A DNA stretch of 64,000 nucleotides, taken from the NCBI RefSeq assembly GCF_009914755.1, contig NC_060931.1. One strand, written 5' to 3'. The notes beneath the pieces were generated by a model. It ran no database searches and was not told the DNA's origin. It saw only the letters and a list, made by a program, of their open reading frames with translations. The DNA comes from the human T2T-CHM13v2.0 reference genome, Homo sapiens. Shown here piece after piece: positions 15,965-29,720 of the stretch. Within the stretch, counting starts at the first letter, position 1. The number at the start of each line of letters is the position of its first letter. Position numbers and translations under genes: made by a program.

Positions 15965-16440
15965 CATTTGTTCATTCATTTAGCACGTACTGAAATCCAG
16001 TTCTTTTGAAACAAAGGTGAATAGTTGCTGGTTTCAAGAAACTCATTCTAGAGAAAGAAGGAAGTATGCAAAGAAATCAGACTGTGGTAGATGCACTGAT
16101 GAAGACATACAGCAGATGTAATGATAATGTAGTAAAAGGAGGATACTGTGAATGGGATAATAAAGGCAGGCCTCTAAAAAGAAATAAAAACCTAAGGACG
16201 TAAAAGAGTAAAGGTTGGAATGAAAGGTGTGGTCAGGGGCCATTCCAGGCAGAACAATCATGCTCTGCAAAAGCAAGGACAAACACACACATGTAGCACA
16301 GCAGAAACAAAAAGAAGCTCAGAGTTGCTGTTTGAGGAATGTACGGGAGAAAGTGGTGGAAAAGAACCCAGAAAGAAAGACAGTGGGGAGGGTCTTGAAA
16401 AGCCTTGTGTACCATGGTGAGAAATGAATAGTTCTTCTTA
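15965..16440 (-). mobile_element. L2 fragment
   Basis: 'ttcattcatttagcac...', 'gccattccaggcagaacaatcatgctctgcaaaagc', 'gaaaagccttgtgtaccatggtgag'. Confidence 0.6.
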
Positions 16441-17554
16441 TAGGCCAAAAAGCGTTTCACAAAAAATGGACTACCAGTCAAATAAGCTTGGGAAATACTG
16501 AAAAGAACATCCCCTTGGATAGTACATTACATGTAAAGGCTCTAAAAAATCACAATGAAATCATTTTTCAAAATTATTTGAATTGTTAAATTGCAATGGG
16601 ATTCCATTTTCTGGAAATAAGTATTCCCAGAAACACAGTTCAGAAAATATTATTTAGGCAATGGAGGGTTACTTTGCTTTTGATGTGGAAGGCAGATTTG
16701 ATAAGATAAAAGATTAGTCAAGGAGACGGGGCAGGAAATAACTTGACCACTAAGTAAGGAAATGGTAGTAGGATGTCAATAATAAAATCATTAGAAGGCA
16801 GAAGGTGAACTAAGAGGGAGGGAACAGAGTTTAAAGTGACCCAGGGGCTTTATCATTTATCACCCAGCAAGTACTTGCTGTCTGCCTTTAATGCGTTAAA
16901 TACAAAAAAAGGTTCAGACAAATTCTGAAAAAGAAATATAAAAGAGAAATTGTCCTCAAGGAACTTATAGATAGGTAGTGAATAGGTAGATAGGCAGAGA
17001 ATGCCAAATCCAAGACAGAGCAAAATTTGTTAGACTGGCACGATTTCTTCAATGGTCACAGACTTCGCGTTCTAAGCCAGTTTTTCAGTCCCTGTGGTGC
17101 CCCACTCCTCCTCAACATCCCATATTAATGCCCTTAACATTCCTTTTCCCACTGCACTTCTTTTACCAGAAAAGATTCCATTCATTTACACCTAAGTATG
17201 AATTTAAATAGATACATTTTTCTCACAAATATTTCTAATTTAAACCTTAGTACTGGTACACATTTATGGCTTTACCCTTTGGACATAAATTACCTCAACA
17301 AAGGAAGGAAGTGCAAATGCTTGAGGAAAAAGAAAATGTCTGAAGTGTCCTAAAAACCACAGGGCACAGGGGATGGCCTACACCTTGTTAAGGATAGTTG
17401 TGGGTCTGCAAGCAGAAAAACTGTAACAGCCAACCAACCTTCCTCCAAACACCTGTGAAGTATACCTCACAGCATCTTTTTCCCAAAATGCCTGGAAATA
17501 AGAACAACGAGATGAACATTTTCTCAAGTGTGAACGACTATTATTTACAGTAGA

Positions 17555-17700
17555 ATAGACGGAGAAGTTTGTTTAACATATGCAGATTCCCAGATTTTCT
17601 CCCTGGGAATGTCTAGGTTGGAGCCCAAGAATCTAAATTTTTAAGCAACACCCCTGAATGATTCCTTATTAACACCAAAACCTAAGAATTATTAACTAAA
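17555..17700. mobile_element. MER5A-like fragment
   Basis: 'tgcagattcccag...gtctaggttggagcccaagaatct...taagcaacacccctgaatgattc'. Confidence 0.65.
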
Positions 17701-18578
17701 TAAAACACATGGAAATTATGTTAGATGAAAGGCTTAATAGAAAATATAGGCAAACAACATTTCATTAATTAAATTTGGGGCTACTTTTCTTAGCAGTGGT
17801 AGAGAAACCAGAAAGCAAATTTCATTCTGAAGTTGTCTTATATAAGTTAATTATAGAGGGATTTACCGCTGTTTCTCAGAATGGACTTAGATTCAGCCTG
17901 GAACACTTTTATTATTTTGATTTAAGAAAGGATTTAATTTAAATCAACACAGTTTAAAAACAGCTAGTCAATGTAATCAAATTTTAACCCAAAAAAGGTA
18001 TTTCATTAATTGACATTACCTCTGTCTATTGTTCACAAATTTGAAATAGATCTTTTGGTACAAAACATAAAATGTAAATGGTAACATAATTATTTGGAAA
18101 TACTTTTACAACAACATCACAAAATTGAATGGCTAATTATTTTGTTTGCCATAGATTAATATGAGACTGTGTGAGAAAAAAATAAATTTAAAAAACAGAT
18201 TTATTTTTTAATATGATAAGTGAATTGCGTGAATTTTGGATTTTTTCCATCAAAAAAGAACAGATATTGTTTTTAAAAGCTTGCAGGTTAAATGTAAACT
18301 TTTATAGAGATAAATACTCTGTTTAAGTGTTGCATAAATAATATCTGCCCAGGTGAATATAAAAAATTAAAAATATATTTTAGCTTGTTAGTTGCCTTCA
18401 TCTTATTCCTTTGTTTACTCTTATTAGAAAGAGAAGATCAGATTTTACTTTCTCAAAATCCAATTTTGCAGTTTCGCATTCATTTAAGCAATACTCCTTA
18501 TTCCTGGCTAAACAAAAGGATCATCAGGGTTCTTTTTAAAACACACCAGTGCTCAGGCTCCACCACAGACCAATTTAG

Positions 18579-18935
<357 letters not shown>

Positions 18936-20876
18936 CTACTGTTTGTTTTAAAAACTCATTAGGTTATTCTAACACCTTGCCAAGGTTGAGATGTTCATTT
19001 TATAGGAAAGAGACATCAGTTCTATACATGAAAAAGATTCTATTGTTGTTAGATCGGCTTATCACTTGAATAGCTTCAATTATTTCAACCCAGCTGTATT
19101 AAGTTGCTCTCACCTGCTCATTGGTGAGGGGGTAAGGGTACGCATGTGTTGGGATTTGTTTGTCTGTTTTCTTGTTTTTACCATTAATAATAAATACAAA
19201 TTTCTGAAAGTTTCACTGTTCATACCAATCTATCTCAGGATTGATTTTGCTTGCAATCACAGTCAAATTTCCCCTTATATATCCAAATTGTCCCTGCCAT
19301 GAAATATGAGTAAGAAAAAAAGAGCTGAACATAGCCCTTGACTTGTTGTTAGGCATTCATAACATTTATCTTAAATGGTTTTTGAATATATTGTCTGAAG
19401 TACCTAAAATTTGAAGACATAACACACTTTAATTAAAATTAAAACACAGATCATTTCCGGGCTGGTATGCTTTGGTTTCATATATTAAAACAATAGTATG
19501 CCTAAAATAATATAGAAGACTAATGATTTTTAAAAATGTGAGAATAAAATAAAAACATATGAAGTGCAAAATTTTAGTTGAAATATATGTATAATATAAT
19601 CCCGGTTTTACTGGGAAAACTGTGCATCAATATATGTGGGCAAAAGACAAAGAACAGAAAATGAAGCGTTTACATGACTCATTTCTAGGTGATGAATGCA
19701 AGTGATCTTATTATCTCTACTTTCCAAATATTCCCTCAATGAAAACTATATTAACTAGGAAGCCAGATTACTTCCAAACTAGTTTTCTAAGCCAAATGAT
19801 TCATTTAAAAAAATTATATTAGGTTCATTTTCTAAAAATATACTATATGTTATTTTCATTTAAAAAATAATGTAAAATTACTTATTTTACCTATAATTTT
19901 CTAATTGTTAAATTCTCAAATTAGAAGAGAAATGTTTTTGCCTATTTTTACTTTAGGAGACATGATGTAAGTTGAGTTGATTTGGCTTATGCATCTTGGC
20001 TGGATTCACACATATGCAGAACCCAGGAAGACAAATATGTTCAAGAAGATGTAGCAAAACATCCACATGCCAACTTTCATTTTTGTCTACCCATTTCCTA
20101 ACTTTTCTCATCTCTTTTTCTTCTTTGCTTTTCTCTCATTTTTAATTCACATGCTAAAAAGCAAATTTTAATTTTTGCACTTTATTAAATGCTATTGGAT
20201 CAGTGCCTGCCATGTGCTAAGCTCCTAACATATAAGAAATAAGTTATGCATCTTTTCTTCTTTCAGAGCTTATATGGTAGATATGAAGCGATATTTAAAT
20301 CACTAGTGATTTCTCTATTTTTATAGAGTAATAGAAAAAATGTTGTTTAATAATTATTCTTAATTTAAGACCTCATAATTAAGAAAAAAATCTGCTTAAT
20401 AATGTGAAATATAATTAGCATTTAGAACAAAAATAGGTCAAGTAATTTGATTTTTATGGAAAGAACTGTAGGGTAAGGACAAAGGAGGTTTAAAGGTGAG
20501 AGAGAAGAGTAAAATTGTTGTAAATGAAGTAGAGGAAATTAAGGGATTTTAGACATTTCATCAGAGACATCCTGCATGGTTCAGAGCCGACTAAGATTTC
20601 TCTCTTAAATTTCTTTCTGCAATTATGTCGATTCAAGTTAGTTAGAATGGTAGTTACCGAACAGCCAATTTGCATTAATTCTTTTGAATAAAAGACATTC
20701 ATACATAAATCTCTAAAACCTAATTGCTCAGAAAATCCTGTCCTTAATAACTGTGGGTTAAGAAAAACATATTTAGGAAGTTTTTTAATGACATGCAATA
20801 ATGCACATAATATTAACTGAAAAAGTGGAATACAAAGTTACAAATAAGGTGAAATCACAACCATTTAAAAATAAAT

Positions 20877-21226
20877 GACTGGGTGCACTGGCTTATGCCT
20901 GTAATCCCAGCACTTTGGGAGGCAGAGGCAGTAGGATTGCTCAAGGCAAGGAGTTCAAGACTAGCCTGTGCAACATAGCAAGACCCCTGTTTCTACAAAA
21001 TAGATTTAAAAATTAGCCAGGCATGATAGTGCACACCTTTAGTCTCAGCTGCTCAGGAGGCTGAGGCAAAAGGATTGCTTGAACCCAGGAGTCTGAGGTT
21101 ACAGTGAGTAATGATTGTGCCACTGCACTCCAGCCTTGGTGACATAGCAAGAGTCTGTCTCTAAAAAAATAAATAAATACATAAATAAATAAAATTAAAT
21201 GTAAAAATTTAAATATCTTAATGAAG
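20877..21226 (+). mobile_element. AluJ (Jo/Jr)
   Basis: J diagnostics 'aggattgctcaaggcaaggagttcaagac', 'caacatagcaagacc', 'aggattgcttgaacccaggag'; (TAAA)n tail; candidate TSD ttaaaaataaatg near 20865 and 21227. Confidence 0.92.
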
Positions 21227-21823
21227 TTAAAAATAAATGTATACATCTAGGAAACTGACTGGAAATGAATATACTAAAATTAGTAGTTGTTAAAAAGTGA
21301 CTCTGAGTAGAAGAATTAAACATGATTTTTAGACTACTTCTGCATTATTTCCTATTTTCTAAAATGCTTGTTTCAAAAAAAACAACACTAGCGGTTCATT
21401 AATATAGTAGTACTAAAAGTATATACAGTTAGTGATGTAAAATAAAGCTAAAATAAGAAAATGTAAGCTAACAGCCCTAGACCAAATTATGACAAAAGAC
21501 TTATTTAGACATGCTGAACTTAGAGATTAAAAATCAATACTACTTAAAAACAAATGAAACAGTCAATAGGGCAAACTAGAATTTAATGAAGATACTTCAC
21601 TTTCTTAATCATCTTTTTATAGATAGAATTAGTCCCATAAAATGAGGGGAAAAATATACAGTTTGTGAGATCAAAATCGAAACACTTAGAAAACAAGAAA
21701 CAGTGTAAGGTCTAGAGGTACTACTTCTCAAACATGTTGATGAAAACTCACTTGTTTTTAATGGATCATTGATGGTTCCCAAAATGAGGTCTTGACTGAT
21801 GCACTGAGGCAGTCTATTATACC

Positions 21824-22121
<298 letters not shown>

Positions 22122-22208
22122 TATTATACCATTTTAAGGTGAAAAATGAAACAGACACAAAATAATAATCAGAATGAAAGGTGATGTGGGGGATTGCTTT
22201 AGTCCTAC

Positions 22209-22675
22209 TGATGCAGGACAGGTGACTCCCAAAGTAGAGATTAGCTGGCAAGGGTTCTTGGTTTTGCCCAGGAAATAATTCAAGGGCAAGCCAGAGGTAG
22301 AAGAAACAGCTTTATTGAAGAGACAGTCTTACAGCTCCTGCAGTGTTACAGCTCTGTGACTGCTCCCGCAGAGCAGGGATACCCTGTAGGCAAAGAGTAG
22401 CCACTCAGGGCAGTTTTGCAGTCATATTTATACCCACTTTTAATTGCACGCAGATTAAGTGGTGGCTTATGCAGAAATTTCTAGGGAAGGGGTTGTAACT
22501 TTGAGGTCATTGGGCCATTGCCATGGCAAGGGGTGGTAACTGGTTGTTGCCATGGTAATGGTAAATTGACATGGCACACTAGTGGGGGCGTCTGATTGAA
22601 AGCTGCTTTTGCCCTGGCTCTGTTTTAGCTAGTCCTCAATCTGGTCTGGTGTCCGAACCCTGCCTACTACCTTCA
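22209..22675 (-). mobile_element. ERV1 solo LTR, MER66-like
   Basis: TG...CA termini with 4-bp TSD ctac (22205-22208 and 22676-22679); reverse complement 'gattgaggactagctaaaacag...gtgtgccatgtcaatttaccattaccatggcaac' matches the recalled MER66 consensus. Confidence 0.85.
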
Positions 22676-22769
22676 CTACCTCCCTCTATCTTAGGTAAGA
22701 GCTTGTATTTAAATATTTCCTCACATGGAAACCTATTAAGTAAAAATGTCTTTCTACATTCTCTCTAAT

Positions 22770-22990
22770 GACTTCTCCAAAGTTATACAAAAGGGAGATG
22801 CACTTTAACGAAAGCTTCAATCTATAAAACAGGCCTTCAACTATTGCTTGAGTTATTGTGAGCACAATAAGACTAATCTTTTTTTAGGCTTCTGTTTTTT
22901 GCTGTTCATGCTCTAGCTTGTTGGTTTATTCTTAAAATTTGGCACCCAAAACTAAGGATTACTTCAGATATGGTCCTACCAGCAGGACAG
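22770..22990 (-). mobile_element. L3/CR1 LINE fragment (C-terminal to RT core)
   Basis: The minus strand reads LVGPYLK*SLVLGAKF*E*TNKLEHEQQK, a decayed CR1 motif ([30 protein letters not shown]). Confidence 0.65.
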
Positions 22991-23129
22991 CTTTTACAGA
23001 AAATGTATGCTAAATCCCCACAAATACTCTAAGTCACAAATTTCACCATACCATATAACCATCACAATAAAATTCTTAATGCACTCTTGGATATATATGC
23101 ACACACATTCATTGTGAAAAAAAAATGGA

Positions 23130-23572
23130 GCATGAGGTGGGTTATAGGAAGAATAAATGCTTTGGAATTAGCTGGATGATAACTTTCAGAAAACAAGGAT
23201 AGTTATGTGGAACAGTGACAGGTAAGTCTGGTCACTGAATAAGGGCCAGATCTTGAAGGGTCCTATACTGACTGTTCAGAAACCATAGAGAGCAAATAAA
23301 GAATTTTACATAGGAGACTGTCAGGATAAGATTGATGTATATAAGACTCACTCTGATGGCTGGGAAAAAATATGGTTTGAATGGTGGCAAAACAAGAGGC
23401 AGGGGGGATTTATTGGGAGATTGTTGCAATCATCTATTCAAAAATGATGACATTCTAATCTAAGATGGTGAACTTACAGAAAATGGTCAGAGTTGGGAAG
23501 TATACATACAGAATTAGAGTCAAATTTGATGTGTTCTCTGAGGGAAGCAGAGGCATTAAGGACTAAGTCAGG

Positions 23573-23575
<3 letters not shown>
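23130..23575 (-). mobile_element. L2 fragment
   Basis: 'agggccagatcttgaagggtcctatact...aagactcactctgatggctg...gggagattgttgcaatcatcta'. Confidence 0.65.

Positions 23576-23622
<47 letters not shown>
23576..23622. repeat. (TA)~23 microsatellite
   Basis: Uninterrupted TA run. Confidence 0.98.
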
Positions 23623-23624
<2 letters not shown>

Positions 23625-24814
23625 CTGAGAAAGGCTAGTGATATTTTAATTTTGCAAGGTTAAGCTAATCAGCATAGGCAATAAGTTTTACTAGTCAACA
23701 AAAGCAGTCATATCAATCCACTGGTAATTAATATCCAAAACAGCTAAAAAGCATTTTACTGAAAGCAAAATGTTTAGAGAAAATAGATATTTATAATAAA
23801 TTATAAAATGTTTACAATAAGAAAAAGCATATTTAAAGGAAAACAAATTTATTTTAACTTATAGAGCCAGTTAAAGCCTTAAAAATTTAAGTAGAAATTG
23901 AAATATGTGATGGTCATTTACCAAGAGAGTAAATCCGCACCATCTTAAGTAGATATTCAATAGGCACCTGGATATATAGGCCAGGGTTTAGAGTGAAATC
24001 TTGGCTCGAATTTCATACACAGTTACTAAAATTATATAAGTTGGCAGTTGAAGCCGCATGATCCTGTAAAATCTGAAGATGGATCACTTCCTGTGAAGTA
24101 AAATTGGTTCTTTTTAATGTCTTTCCATCTGCTTTCTCATTGGCATTATTGGCAACTGAGTATCAGACTTCTACTCCTCACAGCATCCATTCTGGAGAAT
24201 ACTAACTTTAATGAAAATTTTATTCATGTCTGAATATTCCAAAATTACCTCTTGTAATTTTTTAAATGACTTGGTCAATTTCTTAAAAACATCAATTCAC
24301 TGCTATACCACAAGTTTCCTGTGGGTCAAAGTTAAAAGTACAGTAATAGTTTATTTGCTCTTGTTACACGTGGAGCCAGAAAAATCACAATGTCAATTTC
24401 CTTCTCCATGATTCACAAAATACTCACACAGCCCTGGCTTCCCATAAATTGTTTAAAATGCCAAGTGTTCAGAAAAAAAAAATCACCCACCTCATTTTTG
24501 TTAAACCTGCAACAATAGTTCTAAAAATTCACTATAGAATTAATATCCTCTGAGCATCTCCCAGTATGAAGTAGTCCTTGGTTATTATAATCAACCACCA
24601 CCTATTCTAGAATATTTTCATATGATGCTGTTCTATGGTGAGTCTCGTTGCTGTTGCCACCCAGTATGAGGAGAATGTTCTCTCTAGGGACCAATTTGTA
24701 GTTTGAGTCTTTTACATTTCAGTGCAAAATTCCCTTGGATTAACTCCAAGAAAAACTAGCCCTAGGCAAGCTACTGCTCTCCAACATTTAGTGATATTTA
24801 TGATTACTAGTATA

Positions 24815-25070
24815 CTACAGTTTGTGGTTGAGTGCATGTGCTCTGTAGCCAAACTGCCTGGTTCAAATCCCAACCCTTCCATCTTCAAGCTTTGTGATCT
24901 TGAGCAAGTGACTTGATTCTGTATACCTCAACTTTCCTATTTATAAAGAAGAGATAATAATAGGATCTACTTCTTGAGATTATCCTAAAGAGTATATTAG
25001 CTGGCATGTGGAAAGTGCTAAAATAATACCTGGTTTATTGTATTACATAAGGGTTAACTATTATTTTTAT
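24815..25070 (+). mobile_element. MIR
   Basis: 'gtggttgagtgcatgtgctctgtagccaaactgcctggttcaaatccc...tgtgatcttgagcaagtgactt...cctcaactttcctatttataaa'. Confidence 0.85.
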
Positions 25071-25713
25071 TATTTGTAGTTATTAGCATTATTTTACCTA
25101 TCCATCCACCTTTGAGGTAGGATTCCAAATATCTGGTAAGCTATTATCAAAAGAAATGAAAACACTTAACTTACTAATGTTGTCAGCTTTCTAGAGTGAG
25201 AGAAAAGGATGGGGGTGAAGCATTTCTACTTAATCCTTGTCAGCTGGAAACAATGCTAAACTTTTGTTCTATTATGGTGCCTGTACATTCGTAATATCAA
25301 TCAATAATTTAAAGATATGTAATGAATATTTTATGAGTTATAGCTGTGGTCAGTCACTAATAATTCCCAGTTATGTGTAACTCCAGTAAATATTTAATGT
25401 CGTTAGCCAAAGATGAACAGGGTGGGGAGGAAAATATCATTGGCAAGTAGAAGTACAGTTTATTTCAAAGTAAAAACCGTTCCATGTCTCTAGAAGAATC
25501 AACCATTAAATACCATAAGGCAATCAGCTTTGAATTGCCCCAGCACCACTAGAGATATGGTTTTGTTAACGGTACCATTACCAGGCATTTATTGTGGTGG
25601 TGTTCACTTGCAAAGTGGCCTCTTCTGCTCAAACAGCCACCTCTCATCTTTAAAGTCACTCGAGGAAATTCTGGGTGCTGATTTTCAACCCTCTAAGGGT
25701 CTTTCAATGTCTT

Positions 25714-25970
25714 AAACTGCATGTTCTCACTTGCAGGTGGGAGCTCAATGACGAGAACACATGGACACATGGCGGGGAACAACAACACTGGGGACTGTCA
25801 GAGGGTGGGAGTAGGGAGGAAGGGGAACATCAAGAAGAATAGCTAATGGATGCTGGGCTTAATACCTGGGTGATGGGATGATCTGTGCAGCAAATCACAA
25901 TGGCACACGTTTATCTATGTAACAAGCTTGCACTTCCTGCACATATACCCCTGAATTTAAAATTTTAAAA
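25714..25970 (+). mobile_element. L1PA13-like 3' end (~250 bp, heavily 5'-truncated)
   Basis: 'atgttctcacttgcaggtgggagc...aatagctaatggatgctgggcttaatacctgggtgatgggatgatctgtgcagcaaa...'. Confidence 0.9.
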
Positions 25971-26039
25971 ATACTTATTTAATATATAAAGATATTTTGC
26001 AAATAACAGAAAATATAACTTATATTGTTTATAAATGTT

Positions 26040-26400
26040 ATTACTGAAACACTCAAAGGTAGGATTAACGTCAGGTATGCCTTGTCACACTTTTAGCTCC
26101 ATCTCTCTTCATTTCTCTCTGTTCCAGCCTCATCTATGTACATGTGACTTTCAGTCTAGTATTGATCATGGTAATGAGACGTCTGAAACAGTATCGGGTG
26201 CTACCACCACACAGAACTATCTGGATAATTTCTCTTCCCCAACCATGAATTAAAAGCTCTGAGTTTCACTCGGGACCAATTTGGATCACATGTTCATCTC
26301 TGATCAATTACTTTGCAAAAAGGAGTGATTTTATTGACTAGGTGTGACTACTACACAATAGGACAAAGAATGAATTATAAGAAGGCAACGAATCATGAGC
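26040..26400. mobile_element. Possible old MLT1 (J/K/L-type) LTR remnant
   Basis: 'ttggatcacatgttcatctctgatcaattact...attgactagg' resembles old MLT1 motifs; very diverged. Confidence 0.4.
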
Positions 26401-27349
26401 ACTATAATCATCTGTTTTTTTTATATGAATGGTGTCATTTCCAGTTTAATTGCATTTACATTTCTATGCTTGGTATTATATATCAAATATTAAGTATTTT
26501 AAGTCTGTTGTAAATTCAGATTCTAACCAATTACTGGATATTAAATAGCAGTACCCCCCACCAAAAAATACATTTCCTTTTTTTCTCCACCAATCAATGG
26601 AAATAATAGCTTTAACACTACTATTTCAGTTAGCCACTATTATGGAGCCAGGTCTGAGATTCCTATTCCTATCAAAAGTGTGATTTCCTTGTATTTAATG
26701 CAGCCAAATTACCATCAGTAGGATAAACACAGGGCAGGGTTTTCATAAATGTCGTTAAGGCTCTAGCTGAGCCAGCTGTCCAGTTTGAGTATAAGCTACA
26801 TCAGTAAAAGTTCTCAGATCTAGTACTATTTATAGAGTAATTCTTGTTCAGATAATGAAAACTGATGGTTAAAAGGGTATATATTTTAAAAGCATTTAGA
26901 ATATACTGTTTTAACTTAATATTTGATGTATCTAATGATATTAATTATTTTAAGTTATTGAGAAGAAGAAATACTTTTCTTCCGGAGTTTTGAACATTTT
27001 ACCAAAATATTATTGGTTCATTCAACTGTAAGTCATAAAAATATATAACATATAATTGTACCTATGATTTATTTGAGTAATGCATAAGCAATATTTGGCT
27101 CTGGATTCAATTTTGTAGCTTCTTTATATTTATTTTTTCTGTCAATATATATAGGATTTCTATTTATTTTTCAGAACATTAACTATAATTATTTCTTATG
27201 TGTTACCTTCAGGAATCTCTAATTGACTCAAAATCAGTTAATATGCTGAAATGCTAATTAGTTTTTTGTTCAGAGTTTACCATAGCACTATCATCTCAAC
27301 TGATATTTCTCACCTGTATTTATCAAAGGCTAAAGTAGTAGTTTAAGTT

Positions 27350-28260
27350 TATAATAAAAATACATTATGAAAATCTTCGTTTAATAAATCTTAATGATTC
27401 TCTAAGACCTGCTTTCTTGTCTTGTATGTTTTTCAAAACTGGCAATTTTTGCCTGCATCACCTTTTAAAACAATCTAGAACTCTTTATTACATGAGCTGA
27501 ATTTAAAATGTAACATTGACGAGACAAAAAATTTTCTCGGTGCCTTCAAGGTTTTGACATTGAGTTGTGAAAGTGTGTTATCTAAAAAGGCTTTGACTTT
27601 TTATGTAAATTTATTTTTTTCATGTTTCTTTGAATAATTCAGAAGTCACCCATGTTGATTTTTGTGAGCTATAATCAACTGCTAAATATAAAATATTTAT
27701 GTTTTTGAAGTTCTAGAATTTGCTGATTTTTAAAAAAATAGCAATTTTGGATACAAGCTGCATTGCTACAAGAGGTTGCTATGATTTCTTCTTTGAATTT
27801 CTGATTCTAAATGTTGCATGCTCTGATTTTGTGCCATTATTTTTGTAAGAAAATGTGACACATTCTCATTTAGACCCAATTCTTCAATTTTGTAGAGTTG
27901 CTCTCTAATCCAATTTTCTCTATTGATGAATGACTTTAAATCTTCTGTAAGTCTCTGAGCAGCATACATATCAGCAGATAATTGCTCCCAGTTAGTGTTT
28001 AATATGTGAATCCCGTAAGTTTTGTTTTTTTCCAGCTTCTATATCAAACTCAATTTGTTGACAACATCTGGGCCATATTTTTGTTGCAATGGCAGGGCCT
28101 TTTTGAATATGGTTGATAAAATTTTTACTCTATCTCTATTGCATAAGTCACATCCATAATGGATCAGTTATAATTTGAGTTTGCATTTATTTAAAGTAGG
28201 AGAAAAAATTAGACACTCATAAAAAACCTGTAAGTGGAATTAGAGATTGTTATTTTTTAT
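27350..28260 (-). pseudogene. Decayed coding-like fossil, probably the C-terminus of an ancient non-LTR retrotransposon ORF2 (RTE-X/L4- or R4-like)
   Basis: One frame runs ~145 codons (28200-27766) with only two internal stops: LIHYGCDL…KILSTIFKKAL…NWIREQLYKIEELGL…NQSMQHLESEI. Downstream, in a shifted frame, LSRQC…HVIKSS is a CCHC knuckle if two TCT codons were TGT. Confidence 0.45.
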
Positions 28261-28431
28261 AGTGCTCTAATCCCACACATAATTCAAAAACGTTTTATAT
28301 AGCAAATTGATTTACATGTCTTTACGAACATGTAACAGTTTTTATGCCAACAACTCTCTTTTCCCACTCATATATTATTGTTTTTCACTATTAATTAAAA
28401 CAAATGATTAAATTAGTAAATAAACAACTGT

Positions 28432-28998
28432 TGTGGCAGGCAGACTCAATGATGCCTTCAATGATTTCAGTCTCCTAGGATTCATTCCTTGTATAATTTC
28501 TTCCCCTTGAGTCTGAGCTATCTAGTGTTTTGCTTCTAATCAACAGAATATGACAAAGGAAAAGGGATGTCACTTTTGTATTAACATACATAAAACAATG
28601 TCTCCTGTCTTGCTTTCAGATGCTATTGCCTTCTTAGCTTATGTGCTTTAATGAAGCTAGCTGCCATATTGGAGAAACAAACATGACAATGAACTAAGAG
28701 TAGACTCCATCTAATAGCCAGCTAGAAACCAAGGTCCACATTTCAGTGACTCTCAAGCAAGTGAATTCTTCCCACAACTGCATGAATTTGGAAGCACATC
28801 TTTTCCCAGTTGAGCCTTCACATGAGACCTAATCCTGGTAAGTAACTTAAATGCAGCCCTGTCAGAGACTCTGAAGGATAGCACCAGGTTAAGCTGCACT
28901 CAGACCTCTGACCCACTGGAACTATAAGACAATAAATATGTGTTGTTTTGAATCATTAAATCTGTGGGGATTTGTTACAAACCAATAAAAATCTAACA
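28432..28998 (+). mobile_element. MLT1E/F-type MaLR solo LTR
   Basis: 'tgtggcaggcagactc...ttcccagttgagccttca...cagacctctgacccactggaactataagacaataaatatgtgttgtttt...tttgttacaa..caataaaaatctaaca'; 'actgtt' spans both junctions, consistent with a 5-bp TSD. Confidence 0.88.
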
Positions 28999-29214
28999 CT
29001 GTTGCCATAAATAAGTTTGAGAAAAATCAAAGCTATCTGGATAAGTTCAACTAACAAAGGCAGAGTAACTGATATGCCAGGGACTAATTCACTACAATTG
29101 TGCAATCAGGATCTTCAGTCATTGGTTCTTACAGAGCGAAAGGACAGCATTGAATTCTGGTAAGTCCATGAGGTAGAGGTATACTGAAAGTTTTAAGCAC
29201 TTTACAAAATGAGC

Positions 29215-29720
29215 TCATTCATACAAAAGTGTATTGAGCACCTACTAATTTACACAAACCTAGAAACTGGCTGTGCAATGAAGACCAAGAAAGACAAAAT
29301 CTCTGCTCTTGTGGAGCTTACATTCTTGTTAGGTGTACAGTAAAAGTAAACAAAACTAAAAAGGATTTCAGAATATAAGTTCCATAAGAGCAGAAATTTC
29401 TCTCCTTTTACTGTTGTGTTACTTTCAGCCCCTTCAACAGTGCCTGACACATTGTAAGTGCTGAAAAAAAAATTCTGTAAATAAATATTGGTAGTAGTAA
29501 ATGAAATGAAGAAAACCAAGATAGTATAATGAAATAGAGTGACTAGAATTGTTACTTTAGATGGAAGAGTTAGAAGCCTAGCAGAGAAGCTGATATTTGA
29601 GTCGAGACCTGAATGATGAGATGGAGGCAGCCTCTTGAAGATATAGGAAAAGAGGATTTTGAAGAGAGAAAGTGACAAGAGAAAAGACTGAGGATTTCAT
29701 GTGCCCCCGTGGCTGGGGCA
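29215..29720 (-). mobile_element. L2 fragment containing an oppositely oriented L2 3' piece (~29390-29500)
   Basis: 'ctcattc...tattgagcacctact...ctctgctcttgtggagcttacattct'; internal 'cagtgcctgacacattgtaagtgct...aaataaat'. Confidence 0.7.
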
